DNA of 32,000 nucleotides from Xanthomonas campestris pv. campestris str. ATCC 33913 (GTDB taxonomy: Bacteria > Pseudomonadota > Gammaproteobacteria > Xanthomonadales > Xanthomonadaceae). Shown here piece after piece: positions 1 to 9,072 of this stretch. Each line of letters opens with the position of its first letter. Position 1 is the first letter of the stretch. Below the pieces are notes generated by a model. It made no database searches. It was not told the origin of the DNA and saw only the letters and a program-made list of their open reading frames with translations. Both the position numbers and the translations under genes were made by a program. The stretch covers positions 4,853,426 through 4,885,425 of the forward strand of contig NC_003902.1 in the NCBI RefSeq assembly GCF_000007145.1, given 5' to 3'.

Positions 1-1182
1 CGCATCCGGAGTGGCGGGGTCCGCAGCTGGCGTGAAGCGCAGGCCGCTGGCATTGACCGAAAACCGGAAGCTGGCGTTGTCGGCATCTCGGAAATCGGCG
101 CTGCCGCGTAGCTGGGTGCGGCCTTCGAACGCATCGATGATCAACGGCTCCACCGTGAGCACCTGGTCTTGCAGGCTCACGTGCGAGGGCTGCAAGGTGG
201 CACTCAACTCGCCTTGTTTGACGCTGCCACGCAAGTCGGCCTTGCCGCCCTTGCCCGAGGCCTGCAGGTCCAGCGCGATGGGCGTGGCCGGCGGGGTCTC
301 CTGCCCGGCGGGCGCCGGTATCAGCAGCGAGGTATCCAGAGCCTCGGTCACCGCATTGAAGGCCCAGGTCGGGTCGTCGCGGCCGGTGAACACCAGGCTG
401 GCGCGTAGCGGCGCCGGCGCACGCCCGGCGATCGCCACTTCCATCTTGTCCAGGTCACCGCGTGCCACCAGGCCCAGGCTGGCCGGCGTGCGCCCACGTG
501 CGGCCGGCAACACCGCGGTGGCGGTGAGGTCGGCGCGGTACTCGTCACTGGGCACGTAATCGCCGTTGAGGCGGAAGTCGCCCATGTCGGTATCGACCAC
601 CAGATTGCGCGTGCGTAATTCGCCGGTGGCCACTTCCAGGCCGCCCTGTACGCGGTGCAGGGTGATCATTGGCTGTTGCAGCTGGGTGATACGCAGGTTG
701 TCCACGCCGATGTGGTCGGCCTGGATCGCCAGCGGCACATTGATCTGCGGCAGCGACTCCGGCCAGCTCGGCAGGGTGAAGGGCTCGTCGCTCTTGCCCA
801 GGTTCAACGTGGCATTGCTGACCTGCACCGCGTCCAGTTGCAGCTTGCGGCCCAGCAGCGGGCGCAGGTCGGGTTCCAGGTACACGCGCTCGGCGGTGAA
901 GTGGATGTCCTGATACCTGAAGTCGACATTGCGCAGGGTCAGCGGGCCGGCCACCGGGCCTTCGACGCTGCCGTAGGTGAAGCTGGCACCCACCGGCAGG
1001 CGCGCGGTGACCTGGGCCAGCAACACATCGCGCCCGGCCACGGTCTGCAGCAACCAGTACAACGCGATCAATGCCAGCAGGCCCAGGCCGAGCACGGTCA
1101 GGCCGGAACCCACCCAGAACCGGCGGCGCCGGTAGAAGCGCGGGCGCGGCGCGGGGCTGGTGGGGGGCGTTGTTGTATTCAC
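1..1182 (-). CDS. tamB: TamB-like translocation and assembly module protein, N-terminal 394 codons only (gene continues beyond the left edge of the window)
   Basis: Absent from the ORF track because it has no stop inside the window. Manual minus-strand translation from GTG (1182..1180) stays open to position 1: VNTTTPPTSPAPRPRFYRRRRFWVGSGLTVLGLGLLALIALYWLLQTVAGRDVLLAQVTARLP... It has an Arg-rich N-terminus followed by one hydrophobic anchor. The start overlaps the tamA stop as GTGA (1179..1182), and the gene sits directly downstream of tamA as in tamAB operons. Confidence 0.8.
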   Translation of the reverse strand, partial: MNTTTPPTSPAPRPRFYRRRRFWVGSGLTVLGLGLLALIALYWLLQTVAGRDVLLAQVTARLPVGASFTYGSVEGPVAGPLTLRNVDFRYQDIHFTAERVYLEPDLRPLLGRKLQLDAVQVSNATLNLGKSDEPFTLPSWPESLPQINVPLAIQADHIGVDNLRITQLQQPMITLHRVQGGLEVATGELRTRNLVVDTDMGDFRLNGDYVPSDEYRADLTATAVLPAARGRTPASLGLVARGDLDKMEVAIAGRAPAPLRASLVFTGRDDPTWAFNAVTEALDTSLLIPAPAGQETPPATPIALDLQASGKGGKADLRGSVKQGELSATLQPSHVSLQDQVLTVEPLIIDAFEGRTQLRGSADFRDADNASFRFSVNASGLRFTPAADPATPDA

Positions 1183-2963
1183 AGGTTCGCCCCGATGTCG
1201 ATGTAGAGCTGGAACTGCGAATCGGGGTCGTTCAAGCCGTGCGCAATATCCACCCGCACTGGCCCCACCGGCGAGCGCCAACGCAAGCCGAAGCCAATGC
1301 CGGTGCGCCAGTCCGGGGTGTCATCGAAGGCACTGCCGCTATCGACGAACACCGCCCCGCCCCACGGCCCGCCCTTGAGGTAATGCTCGTATTCGGCGCT
1401 GGCGGTGACCACGTTCTTGGCACCCAGCGCGAATTCGTCCGGCTTGGGCGTGCGCGGGCCCACTTCGCGGAATGCATAGCCGCGGATGCTGTTTGGGCCA
1501 CCGGCAAAGAACCGCAGGCTCGGCGGCATCGCCACCAGATCGCTGGTCCAGGTGGTGCCACCTTCGCCACGCAGGATCACCCGCCCATTGTCGCCGGCGC
1601 CCAGGAACCACCGTAGCTGGCCGTAGAGCTGACCGAAATTGGTGTCCGACCCGGCGCCCTCGGCGCCGCCGCGGATGAACATCTGCCCGGACACGCCGCT
1701 GCGCGGGAACAGCCGGTCATCGACGTTGACGTAGTTGGCCTGCAGCTGCGGATAGATCAGCGTGGAGGTCTCGTACACGGCATCGGTGAAATCGCTGCCA
1801 CTGCTGAAACGCCAACGCTCGCGCAAGGCGTTGATCGAGGCGATCGCACTCCAGCGCTCGTTGATCTGGCCACTGCGGCTGCCGGTGAGTTTGACGTTGC
1901 GCAGGTCGATGTATTCGGTCTGCTCGTCGTACAGGCGCGCCGAGGCGGTGTACCAACCATCCAGCCAGCGGAACGCCGGCACCCGGTAGCTGGTGGTCAG
2001 GCTCTTGCGGTTCTGCGCGTAGTCCAGCTGCGTGTCCATCTTGTGGCCGCGCGAATTGACATAGCGCCGCTCCACGCCCCCGCGCACACCGGCGCCGCTC
2101 TCGCTGCCATAGCTCAGACCGGAGGTATACACGGTGCGCTTGGCGCGGGTGAGTTTGACGTCCACCGGCACCCGGCCCTGGTCATCGGCTTCCTCCGGCT
2201 TGGGCTGGATGTCGATGGTGCTGAAGTAATCGAGCTTGGTCAGTGACTCGCGCAGCCGATCCAGCTTGCCTTCGTGGTAGTAGCTGCCCTCGTCCCAATA
2301 CACCAGCGGCTCGAACAGCCCCGGGCGGAAATAATCGTAGTCAAAGCGCACGGTGCCCATGTCGTAGCGGCGGCCGCTGTCCCAGTTCAGATCGATGTCG
2401 GCGGCATGCTCGGCACGCGTCACCGCCACCCGGCGCTGGGTGAAGTCGGCATCGAAATAGCCGCGTTCGGCCAGGCGGCGGGTGATGCGCACCTTGCTGG
2501 CTTCGTACTGTGGATGGCTGAAGACCTGCCCTTCGCGCGGCTCGAACTGCTTGAGGTCCTGGCCCAGATAGCGGTCTTGCTCGGCCCAGCCGGTGATCGA
2601 AATATGAGACTGCCGCACCCGCACCGGCTCGCCACGGTTCACCGTGATCACCACGGTCAGGCGCTCGCCGTCGCGCGGCGCGGCGATGTCGATGGTGGGC
2701 GAGTAATAACCAAACGGCTCCAGTGCCTCGCGCGTCTGCCGCTCCGCCTGCGCCAGCAGGTACTCCAGCCGCGACTCACCCTGCTCCTTGCCGACGGCCT
2801 CATACAGCGACAAGGACACCTCGATGTTCTCGATCATCTCGGCGTCGTCGTCGCCGTCCAACCCCTTGATCTCGATCTTGTCGATGGTTCCGCGGGCAAA
2901 GGCAGAACCGGCCAGGATGCACAAGAGCAGAAAAACGGGACGAACCCGGAGAATGAATCGCAT
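1179..2963 (-). CDS. tamA: TamA / Omp85-family outer-membrane protein (POTRA repeats plus surface-antigen D15 beta-barrel)
   Basis: Part of ORF 1179..3119. I place the start at ATG 2963..2961, which gives a signal peptide MRFILRVRPVFLLLCILAGSAFA. The body is POTRA-like and the C-terminus is a beta-barrel with alternating aromatic residues (...GFGLRWRSPVGPVRVDIAHGLNDPDSQFQLYIDIGANL). The 52 upstream codons of the ORF look non-coding. Confidence 0.9.
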   Translation of the reverse strand: MRFILRVRPVFLLLCILAGSAFARGTIDKIEIKGLDGDDDAEMIENIEVSLSLYEAVGKEQGESRLEYLLAQAERQTREALEPFGYYSPTIDIAAPRDGERLTVVITVNRGEPVRVRQSHISITGWAEQDRYLGQDLKQFEPREGQVFSHPQYEASKVRITRRLAERGYFDADFTQRRVAVTRAEHAADIDLNWDSGRRYDMGTVRFDYDYFRPGLFEPLVYWDEGSYYHEGKLDRLRESLTKLDYFSTIDIQPKPEEADDQGRVPVDVKLTRAKRTVYTSGLSYGSESGAGVRGGVERRYVNSRGHKMDTQLDYAQNRKSLTTSYRVPAFRWLDGWYTASARLYDEQTEYIDLRNVKLTGSRSGQINERWSAIASINALRERWRFSSGSDFTDAVYETSTLIYPQLQANYVNVDDRLFPRSGVSGQMFIRGGAEGAGSDTNFGQLYGQLRWFLGAGDNGRVILRGEGGTTWTSDLVAMPPSLRFFAGGPNSIRGYAFREVGPRTPKPDEFALGAKNVVTASAEYEHYLKGGPWGGAVFVDSGSAFDDTPDWRTGIGFGLRWRSPVGPVRVDIAHGLNDPDSQFQLYIDIGANL

Positions 2964-3306
2964 CGGCGCAGGATACCGGGAGGACCGCGAGGGTCTGTTA
3001 ATGGGGCGTCTAGGCGTCGAGAGTGCCATGCCGTGTGTCATATAGGCATGCACATCATGGACATACATGCACAGGTCTTCGCATGGAAGGCGGTCGGGGC
3101 GTCTCACCCGGTGCGGCAAATGCCGGGTTTCGGGGTGTTCCGGGCCTGCTGTGTTGGGCGCAAGCGCTGCTGTGGCGTGCAGGCATGCGGCATCTGCAGC
3201 GGGAATGGCACAGCAGCCTCGTGGCAGCGGCTACCGATGAACCAGTCAGCATTCGCCAGCCCTGTCCGGCACGCGATAGTTGCAGCGCCATCGCGCGCGG
3301 TTCGCA

Positions 3307-5403
3307 TCAGCTGGACAGATGCTCGATGGCGGCCACGCTGCCCAGGCGGTCGCCGAGCTTCTTCAGCAGGGCCAGGCGATTGGCGCGCAGCTGCGGGTCG
3401 TCGGCATTGACCATCACGCCGTCGAAGAATGCATCCACCTGGGGGCGCAGGCGCGCCAGGCGGGCGAGCACGGCGACGTAGTCGTGGCGGTGCAGCGCAT
3501 CGCCGGTATCGCCGATGGCCGCCTCCACTGCTTCGGCCAGGGCTTCTTCGGCCGGTTCGCGCAGCAGCGTGGTGTCAATGTCGCCGGGGATTTCGCCTTC
3601 GACCTTGCGCAGGATGTTGCGGATGCGCTTGTTGGCTGCAGCCAGCGCTTCGGCCTCAGGCAAGGTGGCGAAGATGCCGATGGCGTCGATGCGGCGGTCG
3701 AAGTCGTAGAGGGATGCAGGCTTCAACTCGGCAACGGCATTGAAGTGCGTGGCCGCGACACCCTTGTCGGCGTAGTAGCCCTTCAGGCGGTCGAGGATGA
3801 AGTCGTAGAGATCCGCCCGTACCGTCTCTGTGTTGCGGTCGGCATGCGGTTTCACTGCATCCGGCAACGACGCCAGGCCCACATCAATCAGCTTCGGCAG
3901 ATCCAAATCAAATCCAGACTCAATCACCGTCCGCGCCAACCCCAACGCATTGCGCCGCAACGCAAACGGATCCTTGTTACCCGTCGGCTTCAATCCAGCC
4001 GCAAAGCCACCCGCCAACGTATCCAGCCGCTCGGCAATCGCCAGCACCTTGCCCAGCGGCGAGAGTGCGATGTCATCGCCGGCAAAACGCGGCTGGTAGG
4101 CCTCGTCGATCGCCAGCGAAATTTCGCTCGGCTCACCGGCAGCCTTGGCGTAATGCCGGCCGGCGATACCCTGCAGTTCCGGGAATTCGTTGACCATGCG
4201 CGACTGCAGGTCGTTCTTGGCCAATTCCGCGGCGCGACGCGCCTGCACCGGATCGGCACCTACTTGCGGCGCAATTGCTTCCGCAAGCGCGGCCACACGC
4301 GCAACCTTGTCGGCCACCGTGCCCAGCTTGGCCTGATACGTGACGCTGGCCAGGCCCGCGCCCATCGCTTCCAGCCCCTGCTTGAGGTCTTCGTCAAAGA
4401 AGAACTTGGCATCGGCAAACCGCGGACGGATCACGCGCTCGTAGCCCTTGGCCACTTCGGCGACATCCTTGGAGACGATATTGGCAATCCCGATGAACTG
4501 CTCGGTCAACTTGCCGCCGTCGTCCAGCACCGGGAAGAATTTCTGGTTGATCTCCATCGTCTCGATCAGCGCTTCCTGCGGCACCGCCAGGAACGCGCGC
4601 TCGAAACTGCACAACACCGCCGACGGCCATTCGACCAGGTTGACCACCTGCTCCAGATTGTCGTCGCTGATGCGTGCGCTGCCGCCGGCCTGCCTGGCGG
4701 CCGCATCGACTTCTTCGACAATGCGCGCACGGCGTGCGTCCGCATCCACCAGCACGTGCGCGGCGCGCAGCGCGTCGATGTAATCGCCCGGCGCCGCCAG
4801 CGCGATGTCGCCGTCATGCATGAACCGATGGCCGCGGGTGATGCGGTCGCCACGCACGCCCAGCAGCTCGGCCGGGATTACCGTATCGCCGAACAACAGC
4901 ACCAGCCATTGCACCGGCCGCGCGAACGCGTATTCGTGCGCGCCCCAGCGCATCGGCTTGGGGATCGGCATGGCGGCAATTGCTTCGCGCAGGATCTCCG
5001 GCAGCAGTGCGGCGGCCTGTGCGCCTGGCGTCACCGCACGGTGCACGAAGCGCTCGCCCTTGGCGTCACTGGTGCGCTCCAGCGCGGTCCAGTCGATCCC
5101 GGCCTTGGCCGCAAAACCGGCCAGCGCCCTGGTCGGCTTGCCTTCGGCATCGAGCGCGATGTTGAGATACGGGCCCAGCACTTCGGAGCGTTGCTCGGGC
5201 TGCTCGGTGGCCACGCCGGGCAGCAGCACCGCCAGGCGCCGCGGTGTGGACAGCGGCTTGGCATCGCCACGGGTGACGGCGACGCCGCGCTTTTCCAGCC
5301 CGGCCAGTACGCCGTCGAAGAAGGCCTGCGCCAGGCCCGGCAGCGCCTTGACCGGCAGCTCTTCGGTGCCCAGTTCGATCAGCAGGGGAAGTTGTTCGCT
5401 CAT
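3307..5403 (-). CDS. glyS: Glycine--tRNA ligase beta subunit
   Basis: Starts at [28 protein letters not shown] (ATG at 5403..5401), inside the artificial 1101-aa read-through ORF 3307..6612. It is 698 aa and colinear with GlyS as I know it from E. coli (LVEIGTEELP N-terminus, C-terminal anticodon-binding region). Confidence 0.97.
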   Translation of the reverse strand: MSEQLPLLIELGTEELPVKALPGLAQAFFDGVLAGLEKRGVAVTRGDAKPLSTPRRLAVLLPGVATEQPEQRSEVLGPYLNIALDAEGKPTRALAGFAAKAGIDWTALERTSDAKGERFVHRAVTPGAQAAALLPEILREAIAAMPIPKPMRWGAHEYAFARPVQWLVLLFGDTVIPAELLGVRGDRITRGHRFMHDGDIALAAPGDYIDALRAAHVLVDADARRARIVEEVDAAARQAGGSARISDDNLEQVVNLVEWPSAVLCSFERAFLAVPQEALIETMEINQKFFPVLDDGGKLTEQFIGIANIVSKDVAEVAKGYERVIRPRFADAKFFFDEDLKQGLEAMGAGLASVTYQAKLGTVADKVARVAALAEAIAPQVGADPVQARRAAELAKNDLQSRMVNEFPELQGIAGRHYAKAAGEPSEISLAIDEAYQPRFAGDDIALSPLGKVLAIAERLDTLAGGFAAGLKPTGNKDPFALRRNALGLARTVIESGFDLDLPKLIDVGLASLPDAVKPHADRNTETVRADLYDFILDRLKGYYADKGVAATHFNAVAELKPASLYDFDRRIDAIGIFATLPEAEALAAANKRIRNILRKVEGEIPGDIDTTLLREPAEEALAEAVEAAIGDTGDALHRHDYVAVLARLARLRPQVDAFFDGVMVNADDPQLRANRLALLKKLGDRLGSVAAIEHLSS

Positions 5404-5425
5404 AAGACGTGGACCTTGACGTGTT

Positions 5426-5554
5426 CCCTTCTCCCGTCGGGAGAAGGTGCCCCGAAGGGGCGGATGAGGGTACGGGCGAAGCTTTGCGGAGTTTGGATGC
5501 ACGAGGGCTACGCCCCGTACCCTCACCCCAACCCCTCTTCCGGTGGGAGAGGGC
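5426..5554. repeat. Composite structured intergenic repeat, family A, tandem copy 1 (L module, long hairpin, R module)
   Basis: Three predicted hairpins: ccttctccc-gtc-gggagaagg; gagggtacgggcg...cgccccgtaccctc; cccctcttcc-ggt-gggagaggg. Repeated at 5563..5690. Its modules recur at 8547, 8706 and 31951. Confidence 0.9.
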
Positions 5555-5562
5555 TTGCTGGT

Positions 5563-5690
5563 CCATTCTCCCATCGGGAGAAGGTGCCCAAAGGGCGGAT
5601 GAGGGTACGGGCGAAGCTCTGTGGAGTTTGGGTGCACGAGGGCTACGCCTCGGACACTCACCCCAACCCCTCTCCCGGTGGGAGAGGGGC
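5563..5690. repeat. Composite structured intergenic repeat, family A, tandem copy 2
   Basis: Direct repeat of 5426..5554, offset about 137 nt, with about 13 differences by manual alignment. The terminal hairpin is perfect here (cccctctccc-ggt-gggagagggg). The long middle stem is degraded (cgcctcggacactc). Confidence 0.9.
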
Positions 5691-5696
5691 TTTGAG

Positions 5697-6605
5697 TTAC
5701 TTCTTCACGCCGGGAAAGCCCAGCTTCTCGCGTTGTGCGTAATACGCCTGCGCCACGCCCTGCGCCAATGCACGCACCCGCAGGATGTAGCGCTGGCGCT
5801 CGGTCACGCTGATCGCACGGCGCGCATCCAGCAGATTGAAGGCGTGGCTGGCCTTGGTGACCTGCTCGTACGCAGGCAGCGGCAGGCCCACCTCCACCAG
5901 ATGCTTGGCTTCGGCCTCGCAGGCGTCGAAGCGGTGGAACAGCTCTTCCACATTGGCATGCTCGAAGTTGTAGGCGCTCTGCTCCACTTCGTTCTGGTGG
6001 TACACATCGCCATAAGTCACCGGGGTGCCGTCCGGGCCGTAGGTCCACACCAGGTCGTAGACGTTGTCGCAGCTCTGCAGGTACATGCACAGCCGTTCCA
6101 GCCCGTAGGTGATCTCGCCGAGCACCGGCTTGCACTCCAGCCCGCCAGCCTGCTGGAAGTAGGTGAACTGGGTCACCTCCATGCCGTTGAGCCAGACTTC
6201 CCAGCCCAGGCCCCAGGCGCCCAGCGTCGGCGATTCCCAGTTGTCTTCGACAAAGCGCAGGTCGTGCACCAGCGGGTCGATGCCCAGCGCCTTGAGCGAA
6301 CCCAGGTACAGGTCCTGGATGTTGTCCGGGTTGGGCTTCATCGCCACCTGGTACTGGTAGTAGCGCTGCAGCCGGTTGGGGTTTTCGCCGTAGCGGCCAT
6401 CGGTGGGACGGCGCGAGGGCTGCACGTAGGCCGCATTCCACGGCTCCGGTCCCAGCGCGCGCAGGAAGGTGGCCGGATGGAACGTGCCCGCGCCCACTTC
6501 CAGGTCCAGTGGCTGGATCAGCACACAGCCCTGTTCGGCCCAGTACTGGTTGAGGGTCTGGATCAGGCCCTGGAAAGTGATTGGAACGCGCCGGGAATCG
6601 GACAT
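5697..6605 (-). CDS. glyQ: Glycine--tRNA ligase alpha subunit
   Basis: Within ORF 5697..6965. Start at ATG 6605..6603 gives [56 protein letters not shown], 302 aa, near-colinear with E. coli GlyQ. Confidence 0.97.
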   Translation of the reverse strand: MSDSRRVPITFQGLIQTLNQYWAEQGCVLIQPLDLEVGAGTFHPATFLRALGPEPWNAAYVQPSRRPTDGRYGENPNRLQRYYQYQVAMKPNPDNIQDLYLGSLKALGIDPLVHDLRFVEDNWESPTLGAWGLGWEVWLNGMEVTQFTYFQQAGGLECKPVLGEITYGLERLCMYLQSCDNVYDLVWTYGPDGTPVTYGDVYHQNEVEQSAYNFEHANVEELFHRFDACEAEAKHLVEVGLPLPAYEQVTKASHAFNLLDARRAISVTERQRYILRVRALAQGVAQAYYAQREKLGFPGVKK

Positions 6606-6696
6606 GCAGCAAAGGCCGTGCGGAAGGGGTGCGCTAGTATACCGGCCGACCCGCAGCGCTTTGCCGCGGGAGCACCGCCGCAGGGGACTACAGCAG

Positions 6697-8508
6697 ATGG
6701 AACAGCGGCGCCCGGCCGATCCCAGCACCTCCGCACCGCTGCCGCGCGGACGCCTGATGTTCGATCCGGTGGCCGCCGCGCTGCTGGCCGATGGCATGGT
6801 GGTGCCGCACGAACACGAGCGCGTGCAGTTCTCCGCTGCCGGCGTGCGCAACGCCAGCGAAGTGCATCCGCTGGTGCTGCTGGCCAACCTCAAGCTGCAC
6901 GCCGCGCAGCCGCCGGCCGGTGAATTGGGCCTGGAGCGGCTGACCGAATGGCTGGCCACCCGCACCGGGCTGCGCTACCTGCGCATCGACCCCACCCGCA
7001 TCGACGTGGCCGCGGTCACCGGCGTGGTCTCGCATGCGTATGCACGCCGCCACCGCATCCTGCCGCTGGCACTGGACGCCGAGCGCGTGCTGGTGGCCAC
7101 CAGCGAGCCGCTGGCGCTGGACTGGCTGGCCGACGTGCAGCACCTCAGCCGCCGGCGCATCGAGCTGGCGCTGATCAACCCGCTGGATCTGCACCGCTAC
7201 ACGATGGAGTTCTTCGGCGTCACCCAATCGGTGCGTGGCGCGCGTGGCGATGCGCGCAGTGCCGAACCCGGCTCGGGCCTGCCCAGCTTCGAACAGCTGG
7301 TGGAACTGGGCCGCGCCGGCGACGTCAACGCCGACGACCACCACATCGTGCATATCGTCGACTGGCTGCTGCAGTACGCCTACGAACAACGGGCCAGCGA
7401 CATCCATCTGGAACCGCGCCGCGAAGCCGGGCGCATGCGTTTTCGCATCGACGGCGTGCTGCACAAGGTGCTGGAAGTGCCGCCCACGGTGATGACTGCG
7501 GTGGTCAGCCGGATCAAGGTGCTCGGGCGCATGGACCTGGCCGAACGCCGCCGCCCGCAGGATGGCCGCATCAAGACCCGGTCGCCGGGCGGGCGCGAAG
7601 TGGAAATGCGTCTGTCCACGATGCCCACCGCGTTCGGCGAGAAGTGCGTGATGCGTATCTTCGACCCGGATTCGGCATTCAAGAGCATCGAACAACTCGG
7701 CTTCAGCGCCGAAGAAGCCGCCGGCTGGAGCGCGCTGGTGGAGCGCCCGCATGGCATCGTGCTGGTCACCGGCCCGACCGGCTCGGGCAAGACCACCACG
7801 CTGTATTCCACGCTCAAGCGCCTGGCCACGCCGGATGTGAATGTCTGCAGCGTGGAAGACCCGATCGAAATGATCGCCCCCGAATTCAACCAGATGCAGG
7901 TCCAGCAGAACATCGACCTGGATTTCGCCAGCGGCGTGCGCACGCTGCTGCGGCAGGACCCGGACATCATCATGATCGGCGAAATCCGCGACCTGGAAAC
8001 CGCGCAGATGGCGGTGCAGGCCTCGCTCACCGGGCATCTGGTGCTGTCCACCCTGCACACCAACGATGCCGCTTCGGCGATCACCCGCCTGCTCGATCTG
8101 GGCGTGCCGCACTACCTGGTCGCCTCCACGCTCAACGGCGTGCTCGCTCAGCGCCTGGTGCGCACGTTGTGCGTGCATTGCAAGCGCCCGCACACGCTCA
8201 GCGAGGCGGATTGGGCGGCCATCCAGGAACCGGGCGAAGCCTTGCCGGAGGTGCTCACCGTGCACGCGCCGGTCGGCTGCCTGGAATGCCGCCGCACCGG
8301 TTACCTGGGCCGCGTGGGCCTGTACGAACTGCTGCCGGTGACCCCACGCTTGCGTAGCCTGATCCGCGCCGACACCGACCTGGCCAGTTTCAGCCAGGCC
8401 GCCCGCGGCGACGGGCTACGCACCCTGCGCCGCACCGGCCTGGAAAAGGTCGCCGCCGGGCTGACCACGGTGGAAGAGGTGTTGTCGGTGTTGCCACCTC
8501 GGGAATAG
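6697..8508 (+). CDS. GspE/PilB/MshE-family secretion ATPase (T2SSE_N-like N-domain plus AAA+ hexameric ATPase core), stand-alone
   Basis: Within ORF 6469..8508. Walker [10 protein letters not shown], Asp box VEDPIE, Walker [13 protein letters not shown], His box [13 protein letters not shown] tetracysteine motif CVHC...CLEC is typical of GspE/PilB and not of PilT. The N-terminal part resembles the GSPII_E N-domain ([22 protein letters not shown]). I chose ATG 6697 (AGGGGA about 10 nt upstream); ATG 6757 is the alternative. The first 76 ORF codons overlap glyQ and are not credible. Confidence 0.9.
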   Translation: MEQRRPADPSTSAPLPRGRLMFDPVAAALLADGMVVPHEHERVQFSAAGVRNASEVHPLVLLANLKLHAAQPPAGELGLERLTEWLATRTGLRYLRIDPTRIDVAAVTGVVSHAYARRHRILPLALDAERVLVATSEPLALDWLADVQHLSRRRIELALINPLDLHRYTMEFFGVTQSVRGARGDARSAEPGSGLPSFEQLVELGRAGDVNADDHHIVHIVDWLLQYAYEQRASDIHLEPRREAGRMRFRIDGVLHKVLEVPPTVMTAVVSRIKVLGRMDLAERRRPQDGRIKTRSPGGREVEMRLSTMPTAFGEKCVMRIFDPDSAFKSIEQLGFSAEEAAGWSALVERPHGIVLVTGPTGSGKTTTLYSTLKRLATPDVNVCSVEDPIEMIAPEFNQMQVQQNIDLDFASGVRTLLRQDPDIIMIGEIRDLETAQMAVQASLTGHLVLSTLHTNDAASAITRLLDLGVPHYLVASTLNGVLAQRLVRTLCVHCKRPHTLSEADWAAIQEPGEALPEVLTVHAPVGCLECRRTGYLGRVGLYELLPVTPRLRSLIRADTDLASFSQAARGDGLRTLRRTGLEKVAAGLTTVEEVLSVLPPRE

Positions 8509-8546
8509 CGGATTGCCGGGGTTTGCACCGTTAACGGCGCAGGCAA

Positions 8547-8581
8547 CCCTCACCCCAACCCCTCTCCCGGCGGGAGAGGGG
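8547..8581 (+). repeat. Family A repeat, isolated R module (ccctcaccccaacccctctccc-ggc-gggagagggg)
   Basis: Same sequence as the right-hand module of the glyQ-glyS element. It begins 38 nt after the ATPase stop. Confidence 0.85.
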
Positions 8582-8655
8582 CCTCGATCGCGCCCCGGCC
8601 CGCGTTTGCGACGTGGGCGCCCGAAGGCACGCGCGCCAGTGGCGCGCAAGCCGAG

Positions 8656-8680
8656 CCCTCTCGCCCGGGCGGTAGAGGGG
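8656..8680. repeat. Degenerate family A-like hairpin (ccctctcgcccgggcggtagagggg)
   Basis: Outer stem ccctct/agaggg and inner stem cgcc/ggcg. It resembles the ccctctccc-NNN-gggagaggg core but has diverged. Confidence 0.5.
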
Positions 8681-8705
8681 CTCGCTCCGTTCTCACACCG
8701 TTGCT

Positions 8706-8751
8706 CCCTTCTCCCAGCGGGAGAAGGTGCCCGAAGGGCGGATGAGGGTAC
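8706..8751 (+). repeat. Family A repeat, isolated L module (cccttctccc-agc-gggagaaggtgcccgaagggcggatgagggtac)
   Basis: Near-identical to 5426..5473 and 5563..5608. Here it lies downstream of the R module, the reverse of the order in the glyQ-glyS element. Confidence 0.85.
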
Positions 8752-9006
8752 GTCAGCACGCACATGTCGCCATCGGCGGGGGAATTCTCACCATTGACCA
8801 AGTCCACGGCACGGCCGAGGACGGCCGGATCAGTGGCGCGGCGATCACTGCACAATCAAGTCGGGGACCAACGTGACCACAAACCATCTCAACCATCACT
8901 GCTCTTCCCTGCACAGCGCGCGTAGCCAGCCCCCCGCCTAGCCCGGTCTCCAAACCTCATACATAGCCATCCGGCATAACCTTAGCTACATGCGTTGGCA
9001 CGCCAG

Positions 9007-9037
9007 TTGAAAAAACCCGGCCGCTGCTGCCTACAAT
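9007..9037 (+). promoter_or_regulatory. Candidate sigma70-type promoter for the amidotransferase gene (TTGAAA, 19-nt spacer, TACAAT)
   Basis: TTGAAA at 9007..9012 and TACAAT at 9032..9037, about 36 nt upstream of ATG 9073. The 19-nt spacer is longer than optimal, so this is only a pattern match. Confidence 0.3.
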
Positions 9038-9072
9038 CGGACCCATCCATCGCTGCCGGGTGTTTCGTCCGC

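Noticed and set aside
5426-5690. Possible CRISPR array, because of repeated palindromic units
   Set aside because: There are only two copies. They are long (~130 nt), directly abutting with no unique spacers, and no cas genes are in the window. The same modules also occur singly elsewhere.
3280-5742. 820-aa plus-strand ORF antisense to glyS. Similar long antisense or out-of-frame ORFs: 6688..8265, 6948..8357, 9312..10799, 9349..10725, 13727..14776, 14743..15756, 19375..20361, 20911..22089, 22236..23294, 23610..24675, 25400..26275, 26803..27672, 28311..29351 and 29126..30526
   Set aside because: Their compositions are Arg/Ala/Gly/Pro-rich and low in complexity, with no recognisable motifs. 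Each lies opposite to, or out of frame within, a gene with strong family signatures. Such stop-free shadow frames are expected in high-GC DNA.
3307-6612. 1101-aa minus-strand ORF that appears to fuse glyS, the repeat spacer and part of glyQ
   Set aside because: The upstream 400 codons are glyQ read out of frame plus translated repeats ([14 protein letters not shown]...). glyQ has its own frame and its own stop at 5697. The real glyS begins at [17 protein letters not shown] (5403).
8416-8855. ORFs 8513..8797, 8416..8763, 8550..8855 (and 5066..5566, 5409..6923) encoding peptides such as PLPAGEGPRS / SLLPAGEGARRADEGT
   Set aside because: These are translations of the family A repeat modules. 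The same peptide strings recur wherever the repeat occurs and in both orientations.
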